A stretch of 60,113 bases of DNA from positions 1-60,113 of the forward strand of contig JBOGVG010000263.1 in the NCBI GenBank assembly GCA_050692435.1, written 5' to 3'. The position numbers and the translations under genes were made by a program. The notes under the pieces are model-generated. The model did no database searches. It was not told where the DNA came from and worked only from the letters and a program-made list of their open reading frames with translations. The stretch is from Actinomycetota bacterium (GTDB lineage Bacteria > Actinomycetota > UBA4738 > HRBIN12). Shown here one piece after another: positions 27,950 to 38,449 of the stretch (the first letter of the stretch is position 1; each line of letters opens with the position of its first letter).

Positions 27950-28125
27950 ACTCCGGGACCCTTCGGCTGGCGGGGCCTCGCTCTCGAAGCCGCTGCTAGA
28001 CTGCCTGTTCGCCGGCGCCGATGGCGCCGAGCACGCACGCTCGGGGACCGCCCCCGGGGTCCCGGCCAGCCCGGGCCGTGGGGCGGGGCGAGCCGGGCGG
28101 AGGGACAACCGGAAGGAGAAGCACC

Positions 28126-28998
28126 GTGCCTGTCGTCACCAGGCGGGAGCTCCTCGAGGCGGGTATCCACTTCGGGCACCAGACCAGGCGCTGGAACCCA
28201 AAGATGGGCCGGTACCTGTACGGGGAGCGTTCCGGCATCTACATCGTCGACCTCGAGAAGACCCTGGCCGGGCTGGAGGAGGCCTACCGGTTCGTCCGGG
28301 ACCTCGGTCGTCGCGAGGGCATCGTCCTGTTCGTCGGGACGAAGAAGCAGGCCCAGGAGATCGTGTCCGAGGAGGCCACACGGGTGGGCATGCCGTTCGT
28401 GAACACCCGGTGGCTGGGCGGCATGCTCACGAACTTCCAGACGGTGTCCCGCCGGCTGCTCCGGCTCCGCGAGCTCCGGGAGATGGAGCGGGGCGGGGCC
28501 TTCGAGTTCCTCCCGAAGAAGGAAGTCCTGAAGCTTCGCCACGAGAAGGAGAAGCTCGAACGAAACCTGGGAGGGATGCAGACCCTGGAGCGCCTGCCCG
28601 ACGCGGTCTACGTGATCGACACGAAGAAGGAGCACATCGCGGTGAGCGAGGCCCGCAAGCTCGAGATCCCGGTCATCGCCATCGTCGACACGAACTGCGA
28701 CCCGGACGAGGTCGACTACGTGATCCCGGGGAACGACGATGCCATCAGGTCGGTGTCACTGGTGACCCGGATCATCGCCGACGCCCTGGCCGGAGGACGC
28801 CGGGAGGGCCGGGAGGCCCTGGTGAGCAGGGCCGACGCCCAGGAGTTCGAACCCGAGCCCGTCGAGGCGTCCGATGCCCCGTCGGCTCCCGTCGAGGTGC
28901 CCGCTGTCGAGGCCGGGTCGGCGCCGGCCGGCGCCGCATCGGTCACAGCCACCGACGAAGCGCCTTCCGGTGGCCAGACCGCCGAGGAGCGCCCATGA
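28126..28998 (+). CDS. rpsB: 30S ribosomal protein S2
   Basis: The GTG at 28126 within ORF 28021-28998 gives [40 protein letters not shown]-like purine tract ending about 4 nt upstream of the start. Acidic C-terminal tail. Confidence 0.93.
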   Translation: MPVVTRRELLEAGIHFGHQTRRWNPKMGRYLYGERSGIYIVDLEKTLAGLEEAYRFVRDLGRREGIVLFVGTKKQAQEIVSEEATRVGMPFVNTRWLGGMLTNFQTVSRRLLRLRELREMERGGAFEFLPKKEVLKLRHEKEKLERNLGGMQTLERLPDAVYVIDTKKEHIAVSEARKLEIPVIAIVDTNCDPDEVDYVIPGNDDAIRSVSLVTRIIADALAGGRREGREALVSRADAQEFEPEPVEASDAPSAPVEVPAVEAGSAPAGAASVTATDEAPSGGQTAEERP

Positions 28999-29600
28999 CC
29001 GACATCGGCGCCGAACAAGTGAAGAAGCTCCGGGAGGTTACCGGGGCCGGGATGATGGACTGCAAGAAGGCCCTCCAGGACGCGGAGGGTGACTTCGACC
29101 GAGCCGTCGAGATCCTCCGGGAGCGGGGCCTGGCTTCCGCGCAGAAGCGGGCAGGCCGTTCGGCCAACCAGGGACTCATCGACGCCTACGTCCACTTCAA
29201 CAACACGGTCGGCGTGCTAGTCGAGGTGAACTGCGAGACCGACTTCGTGGCCAACACGGAGGAGTTCCGCCGGCTGGCCAGGGATGTCGCCCTGCACATC
29301 GCGAGCGCCATGCCCCAGTGGGTGACCCGGCACGAGGTGCCCGACGACCTGCTTGAGACGGAGCGCCGCATCTACGAGGCGGAAGCCCGGCAGGCCGGCA
29401 AGCCCGACAAGGTGCTGGACCGGATCGTGGAGGGCAAGCTTCAGGCCTTCTTCGAGACTACCGTCCTGGTGGACCAGCCGTTCGTGAAGGACACCGACCG
29501 GACCATCCAGCAGCTCCTCGAGGAGGTCTCGTCCAAGGTGGGAGAGAAGGTTGCCGTGCGACGGTTCGTCCGGTACAAGCTTGGCGAGGAACTCGGCTGA
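28995..29600 (+). CDS. tsf: Elongation factor Ts (short, about 200-aa form)
   Basis: ATGA overlap with the rpsB stop. [30 protein letters not shown]-like N-terminus, [11 protein letters not shown]. 201 aa, so the shorter EF-Ts type. Confidence 0.92.
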   Translation: MTDIGAEQVKKLREVTGAGMMDCKKALQDAEGDFDRAVEILRERGLASAQKRAGRSANQGLIDAYVHFNNTVGVLVEVNCETDFVANTEEFRRLARDVALHIASAMPQWVTRHEVPDDLLETERRIYEAEARQAGKPDKVLDRIVEGKLQAFFETTVLVDQPFVKDTDRTIQQLLEEVSSKVGEKVAVRRFVRYKLGEELG

Positions 29601-29611
29601 AGGAGGCCCGG

Positions 29612-30364
29612 GTGGGTGACGGGAAGCGCACCGAGGGCGGCGGATCCCGGCCGGTCTACTCCCGGGTCCTGCTGAAGCTCTCCGGCGACGCCTTCGCTCC
29701 CCCGGACACCGGCTACGGGATCTCCACCGACTCCACGGCCCTGCTGGCGCGCGAGCTTCGCGACGTCGTCGACATCGGCGTTCAGGTCGCCGTGGTAGTG
29801 GGCGGGGGGAACATCTGGCGCGGGCGCGACGCGCCGAGTATCGACCGGGCTCGCGCGGACTACATGGGCATGCTGGCCACCGTGATGAACGCTCTTGCGC
29901 TGCAAGACGGCCTGGAGAAACTCCACGTCCCCACCCGGGTCCAGACGGCGATCCACATGGCCCAGATCGCCGAGCCGTACATCCCCCTCCGTGCCATCCG
30001 GCACCTGGACAAAGGACGGATCGTCATCTTCGCGGCCGGCATTGGCGCGCCCTACTTCTCCACCGATACCACCGCCGCCCAGCGGGCGCTGGAGATCGGG
30101 GCCGAGGCCATCCTGAAGGGTACGAAGGTGGACGGCGTGTACAGCGCCGATCCCCATGTGGACCCGAACGCCCGGAGGTTCGAGACCATCGAGTACATCG
30201 ACGTGCTCCGGGAGGGCTACCAGGTGATGGACGCCACAGCCATCTCCCTGTGCATGGAGAACAAGCTCCCTATCATCGTGTTCGACTTCCGCCTGGAGGG
30301 GAACATCCGCCGGGCGCTCTCAGGCGAGCCCATCGGCACGCTCGTCCACGGAGGGGCAGGATGA
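29612..30364 (+). CDS. pyrH: UMP kinase
   Basis: 250 aa. [31 protein letters not shown]. Confidence 0.94.
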   Translation: MGDGKRTEGGGSRPVYSRVLLKLSGDAFAPPDTGYGISTDSTALLARELRDVVDIGVQVAVVVGGGNIWRGRDAPSIDRARADYMGMLATVMNALALQDGLEKLHVPTRVQTAIHMAQIAEPYIPLRAIRHLDKGRIVIFAAGIGAPYFSTDTTAAQRALEIGAEAILKGTKVDGVYSADPHVDPNARRFETIEYIDVLREGYQVMDATAISLCMENKLPIIVFDFRLEGNIRRALSGEPIGTLVHGGAG

Positions 30365-30921
30365 CCATCGAGACCGCCCTCGGAGGGGCCCGGGAGAAGA
30401 TGGGGAAAGCCATCGGGGTCCTGAAGGACGAGCTTGCCGCGATCCGGACCGGGCGGGCCACACCGGCTCTACTTTCGCGGATCGTCGTGGACTATTACGG
30501 TACTCAGGTGCCGATCCAACAGCTGGCCTCGTTCTCGGTGCCGGAGCCCCGCACCCTGCTCATCCAGCCCTACGACAAGAACGCCGTCTCGGCCATGGAG
30601 AAGGCCATCTTGGGAAGCGACGTCGGCATCACCCCGTCGAGCGACGGCTTGGTGATCCGCCTGAACTTCCCTCCGCTCACCGAGGAGCGCCGAAAGGAGC
30701 TGATCAAGCTCGTTCACCAGCGCGGGGAGGACGCGCGGGTCGCGGTCCGAAACGTCCGTCGCCACTCCAAGGAAGAGCTGGAGCGGCTGAAGCACGACGG
30801 CGCCATCTCGGAGGACGACCTCATCCGCTCGGAGAAGGAGCTCCAGAAGCTGACCGACCGCCACGTGGCCGAGATCGACGAGATCGTCGCCCACAAGGAG
30901 CAGGAGCTGAAGGAGATCTAG
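30361..30921 (+). CDS. frr: Ribosome recycling factor
   Basis: The ATG at 30361 (ATGA overlap with pyrH) gives [38 protein letters not shown]; 186 aa. Confidence 0.94.
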   Translation: MTIETALGGAREKMGKAIGVLKDELAAIRTGRATPALLSRIVVDYYGTQVPIQQLASFSVPEPRTLLIQPYDKNAVSAMEKAILGSDVGITPSSDGLVIRLNFPPLTEERRKELIKLVHQRGEDARVAVRNVRRHSKEELERLKHDGAISEDDLIRSEKELQKLTDRHVAEIDEIVAHKEQELKEI

Positions 30922-32417
30922 TGACCGAGGGCGAGAAGAAGGACGACCTGTTCGAGGACCTGGACAAGTTCTTCGCGCCCATCCAGGACGTCGATTGGCC
31001 GGAGACCACCCCCGCGCGCCCCGGCCACGAGCCCGAGGCCCCCGAGGAAACGGCCGCCCTGGACGAGCCGGTCACCGGCCAAGAGGAGGAGGAGCCCGCC
31101 GCGGAGAATGAAGGACGGGGCCCGAAGTCGGAGGAGGAGCCGGCGGGCGACATGGTCGTCGAGGACGAGGACGAAGAGGAGGAGGACGAAGAAGAGGAAG
31201 AGATCTCGGCAGAGAGCCACACCCAGGCCCCATCGGCCTACGTGGACCTGCCCGGGCCACCCGAGGACGAAGAAGAGGCCCTCGTCTCGGTGGAGGAGCG
31301 CCCGGCCGTGGACGAGACGCCGAGCTCGGAAGCCGTGGAGGCTGCCGCCGAGCACTTTGCAGAGTCGGTCCGCGACGAGGTGAGGCTCGGTACCGATCTG
31401 GACACCGAGCCCGAGACCGCGCTCGTCGATCTCCTGGCCGGAGAGGCAGAGGGCGAGGAAGAGGAGGAGCTTGCCTCTGACCTCGAGGAGCCGGCTTCCC
31501 CTCGAGGCGTCACGGTGACTGGCTCGGGGGGACTGGGAGGGCCGAGCTGGCAGGAGCCCTCGACCGTCGAGGTCGGCATGGGCCACGAACCCCGTCGGAT
31601 GGGCCGGGACATGCCAGCGGCGTTCGTCACCGGCCTCGTACTGGCCGGGCTGGCCCTCGGCAGCATCGCCGTGGGGGAGTGGGCCTTCGCATGGGTCGCC
31701 GGCGCTATCGTCGTGTGGGCGCTGGGGGAGTTCTACCGAGCCATCCAGAAGCACCGCTACCAGCCGGCCACGGCCCTCGGCTTGGTCTCGGGCGGGCTCG
31801 TTCTGGGCGCCGCGTTCTTCCGGGGCGAGGCGGCCATGCTGTCGATGTTCTCGCTCTCGGTGTTCGCCACTTTCCTGTGGTACATGGCCGCGCCCACCTC
31901 CCACCGGAAGGGCGCGTTGACGAACATCGGGGTCACCATCCTCGGCGTCGCTTACATCCCGCTCCTCGCCGGCTACGCGCTCGTCATGCTGAAGCTCGAG
32001 GATGGGCGGGGACTCGTGCTGGCGGTGATCGGGCTCACGTTCGTGTACGACACGGCGGCGTTCGTGGTGGGGTCGTGGTGGGGGAACCGGCCCCTCGCCC
32101 CCACGATCAGCCCGAAGAAGTCGATGGAGGGAGCCGTCGGGGCGACCCTTGTAACCATCGCCGTCTCGGTGGGGGCGGTATCCCCCCAGGAAACGCTGGA
32201 AGTGCTGAACACCGTGAGCCGGTCGGTGGGCCTGGCCGTCGTGGTGGCCCTGTTCGCCCCCCTCGGCGACCTGGCCGAATCCCTGCTCAAGCGGGACCTC
32301 GGCATCAAGGACATGGGGAGCGTCCTCCCCGGCCACGGGGGGGTCCTGGACCGGATCGACTCGGTCCTGTTCGTGGCGCCCGCGGCGTTCCTGTTCCTGC
32401 GAGTGATCCTCTCGTAA
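30921..32417 (+). CDS. cdsA: Phosphatidate cytidylyltransferase CdsA with a roughly 220-aa acidic N-terminal extension
   Basis: The C-terminal ~280 aa are polytopic and carry the CdsA signature SLLKRDLGIKDMGSVLPGHGGVLDRIDS. The frame is open and has high GC3 from GTG 30921, which overlaps the frr stop by 1 nt. Confidence 0.85.
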   Translation: MTEGEKKDDLFEDLDKFFAPIQDVDWPETTPARPGHEPEAPEETAALDEPVTGQEEEEPAAENEGRGPKSEEEPAGDMVVEDEDEEEEDEEEEEISAESHTQAPSAYVDLPGPPEDEEEALVSVEERPAVDETPSSEAVEAAAEHFAESVRDEVRLGTDLDTEPETALVDLLAGEAEGEEEEELASDLEEPASPRGVTVTGSGGLGGPSWQEPSTVEVGMGHEPRRMGRDMPAAFVTGLVLAGLALGSIAVGEWAFAWVAGAIVVWALGEFYRAIQKHRYQPATALGLVSGGLVLGAAFFRGEAAMLSMFSLSVFATFLWYMAAPTSHRKGALTNIGVTILGVAYIPLLAGYALVMLKLEDGRGLVLAVIGLTFVYDTAAFVVGSWWGNRPLAPTISPKKSMEGAVGATLVTIAVSVGAVSPQETLEVLNTVSRSVGLAVVVALFAPLGDLAESLLKRDLGIKDMGSVLPGHGGVLDRIDSVLFVAPAAFLFLRVILS

Positions 32418-32464
32418 CCGAGGCTTCACACCGATTGTCGGTATCCAGGGGTAATCTTGAGTCG

Positions 32465-33625
32465 ATGCGTACGCTGACTATCCTCGGGTCGACCGGATCC
32501 GTAGGGACCCAGGCCCTGGACGTGGTCCGGCGCAACCCGGACCGGTTCAAGGTGGTGAGCCTGGCGGCCCACACCAACCAGGAGCTGCTCCTGGGGCAGA
32601 TCCGCGAGTTCCTCCCCCCCTACGTGGCCATCGTGGAGGAGGAGACCGCGGCCGACATCCGCCGGCGGCTCGGGTCGAGCGTCCCGGGCGTCGAGATCTT
32701 CGTGGGCCCCGACGCCGCCGAGCGCCTGGCCCGCGATGTGGAAGCCGACATGGTGCTGAACGCGCTGGTCGGTTCGGCCGGTCTTCCCCCCACCCTCTCC
32801 GCCCTCCAGAGCGGCAAGACCCTTGCCCTGGCTAACAAGGAGAGTCTGGTGGTTGGGGGAGACATGGTGATGGACCTCATCAAGGGAGAGCCGGAGCGGC
32901 TGATCCCGGTGGACTCGGAGCACGCCGCACTGGCCCAGCTCCTGCGGGGGGAGCGCAGGGAAGACGTGAAGCGGGTGATCCTCACCGGGTCCGGTGGACC
33001 GTTCCGGGGGTGGGCCCGAAGCGACCTTGCTCGGGCCTCGGTGAAGGAGGCCCTGGCCCACCCCGTGTGGCAGATGGGTCCGAAGATCACGATCGATTCG
33101 GCCACCCTGATGAACAAGGGGCTGGAGGTCATCGAGGCCCACTACCTGTTCGGCCTGGAGTACTCCAGCATCCATGTGATCGTCCACCCCGAGGGCATCG
33201 TCCATGCACTGGCCGAGTTCCGCGACGGCACGATCCTGGCCCAACTCGCCACGGCCGACATGCGGCTGCCCATCCAGCTCGCGCTGGGCTGGCCGGATCG
33301 GCTTTCCTCAGGTATCCAGCCCGTGCCCCTCGCGGACAGCCGGCTGACGTTCGAACCGGTCGATCGGCAGGCGTTCCCGGCCATCGACCTGGCCTACCGG
33401 GTGGGCCAGCTCGGGCTGACCTTCCCGGCGGTCATGAGCGCCGCGAACGAGGTCGCGGTGATGGCCTTCCTGGAGGGCAAGATCCCACTCACCCGCATCG
33501 TCGAGATCGTGCAGACCGTCGTCGACGAGCACGAAGCGCCCTCGTCCGTGGTCTCGGTGGTGAACCTGGACCGGGCGGACGGGTGGGCGCGCAGGCGAGC
33601 CGCCGAGATCATCGAAGCCCGCTGA
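32465..33625 (+). CDS. dxr: 1-deoxy-D-xylulose 5-phosphate reductoisomerase
   Basis: The ATG at 32465 within ORF 31679-33625 gives MRTLTILGSTGSVGTQALDV. LANKESLV, DSEHAA, NKGLEVIEA. Confidence 0.94.
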   Translation: MRTLTILGSTGSVGTQALDVVRRNPDRFKVVSLAAHTNQELLLGQIREFLPPYVAIVEEETAADIRRRLGSSVPGVEIFVGPDAAERLARDVEADMVLNALVGSAGLPPTLSALQSGKTLALANKESLVVGGDMVMDLIKGEPERLIPVDSEHAALAQLLRGERREDVKRVILTGSGGPFRGWARSDLARASVKEALAHPVWQMGPKITIDSATLMNKGLEVIEAHYLFGLEYSSIHVIVHPEGIVHALAEFRDGTILAQLATADMRLPIQLALGWPDRLSSGIQPVPLADSRLTFEPVDRQAFPAIDLAYRVGQLGLTFPAVMSAANEVAVMAFLEGKIPLTRIVEIVQTVVDEHEAPSSVVSVVNLDRADGWARRRAAEIIEAR

Positions 33626-33638
33626 CCGGGAAAAGCTG

Positions 33639-34760
33639 ATGGCCGGCACCGTCGCTCAGATCGCGTTCTTCGTCGCCCTCCTCGTCGTGATCGTGGTTCA
33701 CGAGGCTGCCCACTTCGGCGTGGCCAAGTGGTTCGGGATCAAGGTCGAGGAGTTCTTCGTGGGGTTCGGTCCTCGCATCTGGTCGTTCCGGCGCGGTGAG
33801 ACCGAGTACGGGCTAAAGGCCATCCCCGCCGGCGGGTACGTGAAGATCGCCGGCATGAACCCGTTCCAACCGGCCCGTGCGGAGGACCTGCCGCGGACGT
33901 TCGGGGCCAAGCCCATCTGGCAGCGGGCCCTGGTGATCGTCGCCGGCCCGGCCACCCACTTCGTTTTGGCATTCCTGTGCTTCGCCATCTGGCTCGGGGC
34001 GGTGGGGCAGCCGGACGTGCACAGCCCGCTCATCGACGCCGTGACGCGGCGGCTCGACGGCCAGGACTCGCCCGCGGCCACCGTGGGGCTGCGGGCCGGC
34101 GACCGGATCGTCGCGGTCGATGGCATCGAGGATCCCTCTGACGTCCAGCTCGTCCGATACACCCGAGCAAACGTGGGCGAGCAGATCACCTTGCGCGTCG
34201 AGCGCGACGGGCGCGAGCTCTCGGTGGCCGTGACTCCCGTCCTCGCCACGGTGGACGGGCAACAGGTGGGGAGGATCGGGGTCATCCTCGACCAGGCGCG
34301 CGAGACCGCGGGCGTCGTCGGCTCGATCACCGGAGGGGTCAGGCTCGTCGGGAACTCCATCGTCGGAACGGTCGAGAGCCTCGGCAGGATCTTCGGGCCG
34401 GAGGGCATCTCCCGTCTCGCGGAGCTGCTGTTCACCGACGCCCCCCGGGAGCGTGAGGACCCGGCGAGCGTCGTGGGGATCGGGCGGGTCGCCGGCCAGG
34501 CGGCGTCGGGTGGCCGGTTCTGGGACATCCTGTTGATCTTTGGGATCGTGAACGTGTTCATCGGGTTCCTGAACCTGCTTCCGCTCCCGCCCTTCGACGG
34601 GGGCCACCTGGCGATCCTGGCCGTCGAGAAGGTCCGGGGGAAAGCCGTGGACATGCGAAAGGTGATCCCCATCTCGGCCGCGGTGGCCGCGTTCCTCATC
34701 GTGTTCACGCTGGCGGTGGTGTACCTGGACATCGCCAAACCGATCAACCTCAGCCCGTAG
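33639..34760 (+). CDS. rseP: M50 family site-2 protease (RseP/Rip1-like)
   Basis: 373 aa. HEAAHF zinc motif in TM1, a central PDZ-like region, and the C-terminal NLLPLPPFDGGH motif. Confidence 0.9.
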   Translation: MAGTVAQIAFFVALLVVIVVHEAAHFGVAKWFGIKVEEFFVGFGPRIWSFRRGETEYGLKAIPAGGYVKIAGMNPFQPARAEDLPRTFGAKPIWQRALVIVAGPATHFVLAFLCFAIWLGAVGQPDVHSPLIDAVTRRLDGQDSPAATVGLRAGDRIVAVDGIEDPSDVQLVRYTRANVGEQITLRVERDGRELSVAVTPVLATVDGQQVGRIGVILDQARETAGVVGSITGGVRLVGNSIVGTVESLGRIFGPEGISRLAELLFTDAPREREDPASVVGIGRVAGQAASGGRFWDILLIFGIVNVFIGFLNLLPLPPFDGGHLAILAVEKVRGKAVDMRKVIPISAAVAAFLIVFTLAVVYLDIAKPINLSP

Positions 34761-34826
34761 GGTTCGCCACAACTTCTCAACAGGGGGGCCCGAAGGCCCG
34801 CCACACACCGCGGATACGATTGTGCC

Positions 34827-35531
34827 GTGACCCAGCAGACCGTCCTGGTCGTCGACGACGAAGAAGCCATCGCGGAGGCGGTTCGGGCCCGCCTCCTGAG
34901 CGAGGGGTACAACGTCGTCGTGGCCGGAGACGGGCCCCGGGCCATCGCGCTCTGCTCCGAGGTCCACCCGGACCTGGTGGTGCTCGACCTCATGCTCCCC
35001 GGGATGGACGGCCTGGAGGTGTGCCGGGAGATCCAGCGGGACCGGTGGGTACCGGTCCTGATGCTCACGGCACGAGTGGAGGAGTCGGACAAGGTCGCCG
35101 GGTTCGCCGTGGGGGCCGACGACTACCTGACGAAGCCCTTCAGCCTCCGTGAGCTCGCCGTTCGGGTGCGGGCCATACTTCGCCGGGCGGACCGGATCCG
35201 CTCGGTCCCGGCGTCCGAAACCATCGAGAACGGCGGCTTGTCCATCGACCCCGCACGACGGAAGGTCACCGTGGACGGCGACGAGGTTCAGCTCACGCCA
35301 CTCGAGTTCGAGATCCTTCTCACCCTGGCCGGCGCCCCGGGCCTGGTGCTCACGCGAGAGCAGCTCATGGACCGGGTGTGGGGCTACCGCGACTACGCGG
35401 GGGGCCGGGTTGTGGACTCCCACGTGGCGAGGATCCGGCGAAAGCTCGGAGAGGACGGGGCCGAGCCGCGGTTCATCCGCACCATCCACGGCGTCGGCTA
35501 CGCGTTCCGGGAACAGGCCGAGGCGTCATGA
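34827..35531 (+). CDS. OmpR/PhoB-family response regulator
   Basis: 234 aa. Receiver domain (VVDDEE, LVVLDLMLPG, TKPF) plus a winged-helix output domain (LTPLEFEILLTL, VWGYRDYAGGRVVDSHVARIRRKL). Confidence 0.92.
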   Translation: MTQQTVLVVDDEEAIAEAVRARLLSEGYNVVVAGDGPRAIALCSEVHPDLVVLDLMLPGMDGLEVCREIQRDRWVPVLMLTARVEESDKVAGFAVGADDYLTKPFSLRELAVRVRAILRRADRIRSVPASETIENGGLSIDPARRKVTVDGDEVQLTPLEFEILLTLAGAPGLVLTREQLMDRVWGYRDYAGGRVVDSHVARIRRKLGEDGAEPRFIRTIHGVGYAFREQAEAS

Positions 35532-36889
35532 GGCCGCTCGAGAAGCTCCCCACCATCCGGGCGAAGCTGGGTTCCACCATCGTCTTCGCCGTGGCCATGA
35601 CGCTGGCCCTCGTCTTCCTGCTCCTCGGGTACGCCCTCAGGGACACGTCGCGGGACTCCGAACGTCTCGAGCTTCTCTCCGTGGCCCGGCGGGCCGCCGA
35701 CGGCGCGCATCAGATCGTGCCCGGAGGCATCACCGTGGTCGTCCTGACACCCGGCGGCGGGGTCGTGAGCGGTACGCCCCCGGCGGACCTTCCCCGGTTC
35801 ACCGACGGGATGGTCCACGTGGGCGTCCGAGAGGAGGTCCAGTACGCGGTCGTGCCGGTGGTGGTGGACGGCCGGGTCGATCGGCTCGTCTACGCCGTGC
35901 GGCCCGCTCCCGGCACGGGGTTCTTCGACCGCGTCGGCGCGACGTTCCGCTTCTTGGCCCGGTTCTGGTGGCAGTTCCTGGCGGCGGGGGCCATCGCCGC
36001 GGCGATTGCACTGGTCCTGGCGCGGTGGCTGGCCCGCGGGATGACGCAACCGCTCCGCGACATGGCCCGGGCGGCCCGGGGGATGGAGACCGGGGATTAC
36101 GGCCAACGGGTGCAGACGAAGTCGCGAGACGAGGTCGGCCAGCTGGCCGCCGCGTTCAACCGGATGAGCGCCGAGCTGGAGAGCCTCGAAGGGCTCCGGC
36201 GCGAGCTGGTGGCCAACGTGTCCCACGAGCTGAAGACCCCCATCTCGGCACTTCGGGCGCACCTGGAGAACCTCCTCGACGGGGTAGAGGAGCCCGACCC
36301 CGAGACGCTCCAGGTCATGATGAGCCAGTCGGAGCGGCTGTCGCGTCTGGTGGATCAGCTCCTGGACCTCTCGCGCCTGGAGTCCGGCGAGGTGCCCTTG
36401 CAGCGCGAGTCGGTGGCGCTCCGTCCGCTGGTGTCCGAGGTCCTTTCGGAGATCGAAGTGGCCCGGTCCGGCCGGGAGGTCCGGGTCGAGGACCGCGTGC
36501 CCGACGACCTGCCGCCGGTCCTGGCGGACCGGGAACGCGTCCACCAGGTGCTGTTCAACCTGCTTGACAACGCGGTGCGGTTCACGCCCCGGGGCGGCGA
36601 AGTCGTCGTATCGGCGCACCGGGTGGACGGCCGGTGCGAGGTGAGCGTGGCGGACACGGGCCCAGGCATCCCCCCGGAGCACGTGCCTCGGCTGTTCGAA
36701 CGGTTCTACCGGGTGGATCCGGCCCGCTCGCAGAAGGACGGCGGCACCGGGATCGGTTTGGCCATCGCCCGCTCGGTGGTCGAAGCCCATGGCGGCCGCA
36801 TCCGGGCCGAGAGCCGGATGGGGGAGGGGAGCGTGTTCACGTTCGACCTACCGGTCGCGCCCGCGGCCGAGACAAGGAGGGCCTCGTGA
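35528..36889 (+). CDS. Sensor histidine kinase (2 TM, HAMP, HisKA, HATPase_c)
   Basis: The ATG at 35528 (ATGA overlap with the regulator stop) gives MRPLEKLPTIRAKLGSTIVFAVAMTL. H-box SHELKTPISAL, N-box DNAVRFT, G1 DTGPGI, G2 GTGIGLAIA. Confidence 0.92.
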   Translation: MRPLEKLPTIRAKLGSTIVFAVAMTLALVFLLLGYALRDTSRDSERLELLSVARRAADGAHQIVPGGITVVVLTPGGGVVSGTPPADLPRFTDGMVHVGVREEVQYAVVPVVVDGRVDRLVYAVRPAPGTGFFDRVGATFRFLARFWWQFLAAGAIAAAIALVLARWLARGMTQPLRDMARAARGMETGDYGQRVQTKSRDEVGQLAAAFNRMSAELESLEGLRRELVANVSHELKTPISALRAHLENLLDGVEEPDPETLQVMMSQSERLSRLVDQLLDLSRLESGEVPLQRESVALRPLVSEVLSEIEVARSGREVRVEDRVPDDLPPVLADRERVHQVLFNLLDNAVRFTPRGGEVVVSAHRVDGRCEVSVADTGPGIPPEHVPRLFERFYRVDPARSQKDGGTGIGLAIARSVVEAHGGRIRAESRMGEGSVFTFDLPVAPAAETRRAS

Positions 36890-37335
36890 AGTCTTCGACC
36901 GTCACGATCGAGGTGTCCGCGCCGAGGCGCTATACGTATCTGGACCTTACCGAAGAGTTGGCGCGAGCCGTGAAAGACTCGGGCGTGACCGACGGTGCCG
37001 CCATCGTGTTCTGCCCCCACACCACGTGCGCGCTCCTCATCAACGAATGGGAGGACGGCGCCCTGAACGACTTCCGGGACCGGATGCTCGCCCTGGTCCC
37101 CGAGGACGCCTATTACGCGCACGACGACCTGGAGCGCCGGACCCAGAACCTCGACCACTCTCACGAGCGCCAGAACGGGCACTCCCACGTGAAGTCGATG
37201 CTGCTCTCGGCGACCTCGCACGCCATCCCGGTGGCGGCGGGGGAGCCGCTCCTGGGACGGTGGCAACGGCTCATCCTGTTCGAGATGGACGATCCGAAGG
37301 ACCGCCAGGTCGTGTTTCACGTATTCGGCGAGTGA
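36886..37335 (+). CDS. yjbQ: YjbQ/UPF0047 family protein (secondary thiamine-phosphate synthase-like)
   Basis: GTG 36886 (GTGA overlap with the kinase stop). [17 protein letters not shown] and the HSHVKSML motif. 149 aa. Confidence 0.8.
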   Translation: MKSSTVTIEVSAPRRYTYLDLTEELARAVKDSGVTDGAAIVFCPHTTCALLINEWEDGALNDFRDRMLALVPEDAYYAHDDLERRTQNLDHSHERQNGHSHVKSMLLSATSHAIPVAAGEPLLGRWQRLILFEMDDPKDRQVVFHVFGE

Positions 37336-37354
37336 CCGGGTAGCCTGGGGACAG

Positions 37355-38449
37355 ATGCTGGCGAACAGACGGAAGTCCCGGCAGGTCCGGGTGGGCGACG
37401 TGACGGTGGGCGGCGACGCGCCAGTGCGGGTCCAGTCCATGACCATCACCAAGACCGCTGACATCGACGCCACCCTCCAGCAGATCGCCTCGCTGGTGGC
37501 CGCGGGGTGCGAAATCGTGCGGGTGGCCGTGCCCCACTGGGAGGACGCCGAGGCCCTGAAGGCCATCGCGGCTAAGTCGACCATCCCGGTGGTCGCCGAC
37601 ATCCACTTCCAGTGGAAGTACGCGATGGCAGCCCTGGAGGCGGGCGTCCACGGCCTCCGCATCAACCCCGGGAATATCAAGTACCAGGACAAGGTCCGGC
37701 TGATCGCCCGAGAGGCCAAGGCCCGCGGCGTGCCGATCCGGATCGGCGTCAACGCGGGTTCGCTGGAGAAGGATCTCCTGGCGAAGCACGGGTCGCCCAC
37801 CCCGGAGGCCCTGGTGGAGTCGGCCCTGGACGAGGCCAGGATCCTTGAGGACGAGGACTTCTTCGACATCAAGATCTCGGTCAAGCACTCGAGCGCGCGG
37901 GTGATGATCGAGGCCTACCGGATGCTGGCCGAGAAGTGCGAATACCCGCTACACCTCGGCGTCACCGAGGCCGGGCCCTTGCCCACGGGCGGTATCAAGA
38001 GCGCGGTCGGTATCGGCACGTTGCTTGCCGAGGGCATCGGCGACACCATCCGGGTCTCGCTCACCGACGACCCGGTGGAGGAGGTCAAGGTGGGGACCGA
38101 GATCCTGAAGTCGCTGGGCCTGCGGAAGCGAGGCCTGGACTTGGTGGCGTGCCCATCCTGCGGACGGGCCGAGGTGGACGTGCTCGGCCTCACCCGGCAG
38201 GTGAACGAGGCGCTCCAGGCGAAGGGCATCACGGTGCCGATCCGGGTGGCGGTCATGGGGTGCGTGGTGAACGGCCCTGGCGAGGCGCGCGAGGCCGACC
38301 TCGGCATCGCCGCCGGAAAAGGCCAGGGGTTCCTGGTCGTCAAGGGCGAGGTCAAGGGGAAAGTCTCCGAGGACCATTTCGTGGATGTCCTGGTGGAAGA
38401 GGCCGAGCGCATCGCCGCCGAGAAGGCGGCCGAGCCCGCTTCCGACTAG
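37355..38449 (+). CDS. ispG: 4-hydroxy-3-methylbut-2-enyl diphosphate synthase IspG
   Basis: 364 aa. [25 protein letters not shown], and 4Fe-4S cysteines in VACPSCGR and [11 protein letters not shown]. Confidence 0.94.
   Translation: MLANRRKSRQVRVGDVTVGGDAPVRVQSMTITKTADIDATLQQIASLVAAGCEIVRVAVPHWEDAEALKAIAAKSTIPVVADIHFQWKYAMAALEAGVHGLRINPGNIKYQDKVRLIAREAKARGVPIRIGVNAGSLEKDLLAKHGSPTPEALVESALDEARILEDEDFFDIKISVKHSSARVMIEAYRMLAEKCEYPLHLGVTEAGPLPTGGIKSAVGIGTLLAEGIGDTIRVSLTDDPVEEVKVGTEILKSLGLRKRGLDLVACPSCGRAEVDVLGLTRQVNEALQAKGITVPIRVAVMGCVVNGPGEAREADLGIAAGKGQGFLVVKGEVKGKVSEDHFVDVLVEEAERIAAEKAAEPASD

Noticed and set aside
27849-28994. Upstream extensions of real genes in the track (tsf frame from 27849, dxr frame from 31679, truB frame from 49731, UPF0104 frame from 50732, lepB frame from 16093, HK frame from 35378)
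   Set aside because: The extensions overlap other well-supported genes in different frames. Internal starts with stop/start overlaps or SDs give canonical N-termini, so the genes were trimmed.
2451-35531. FliA-type sigma plus three receiver-domain genes as a dispersed chemotaxis/flagellar system
   Set aside because: No che, fla, flg or mot genes occur anywhere in the window. The sigma's neighbours are envelope proteins, and the receivers are scattered in unrelated operons.
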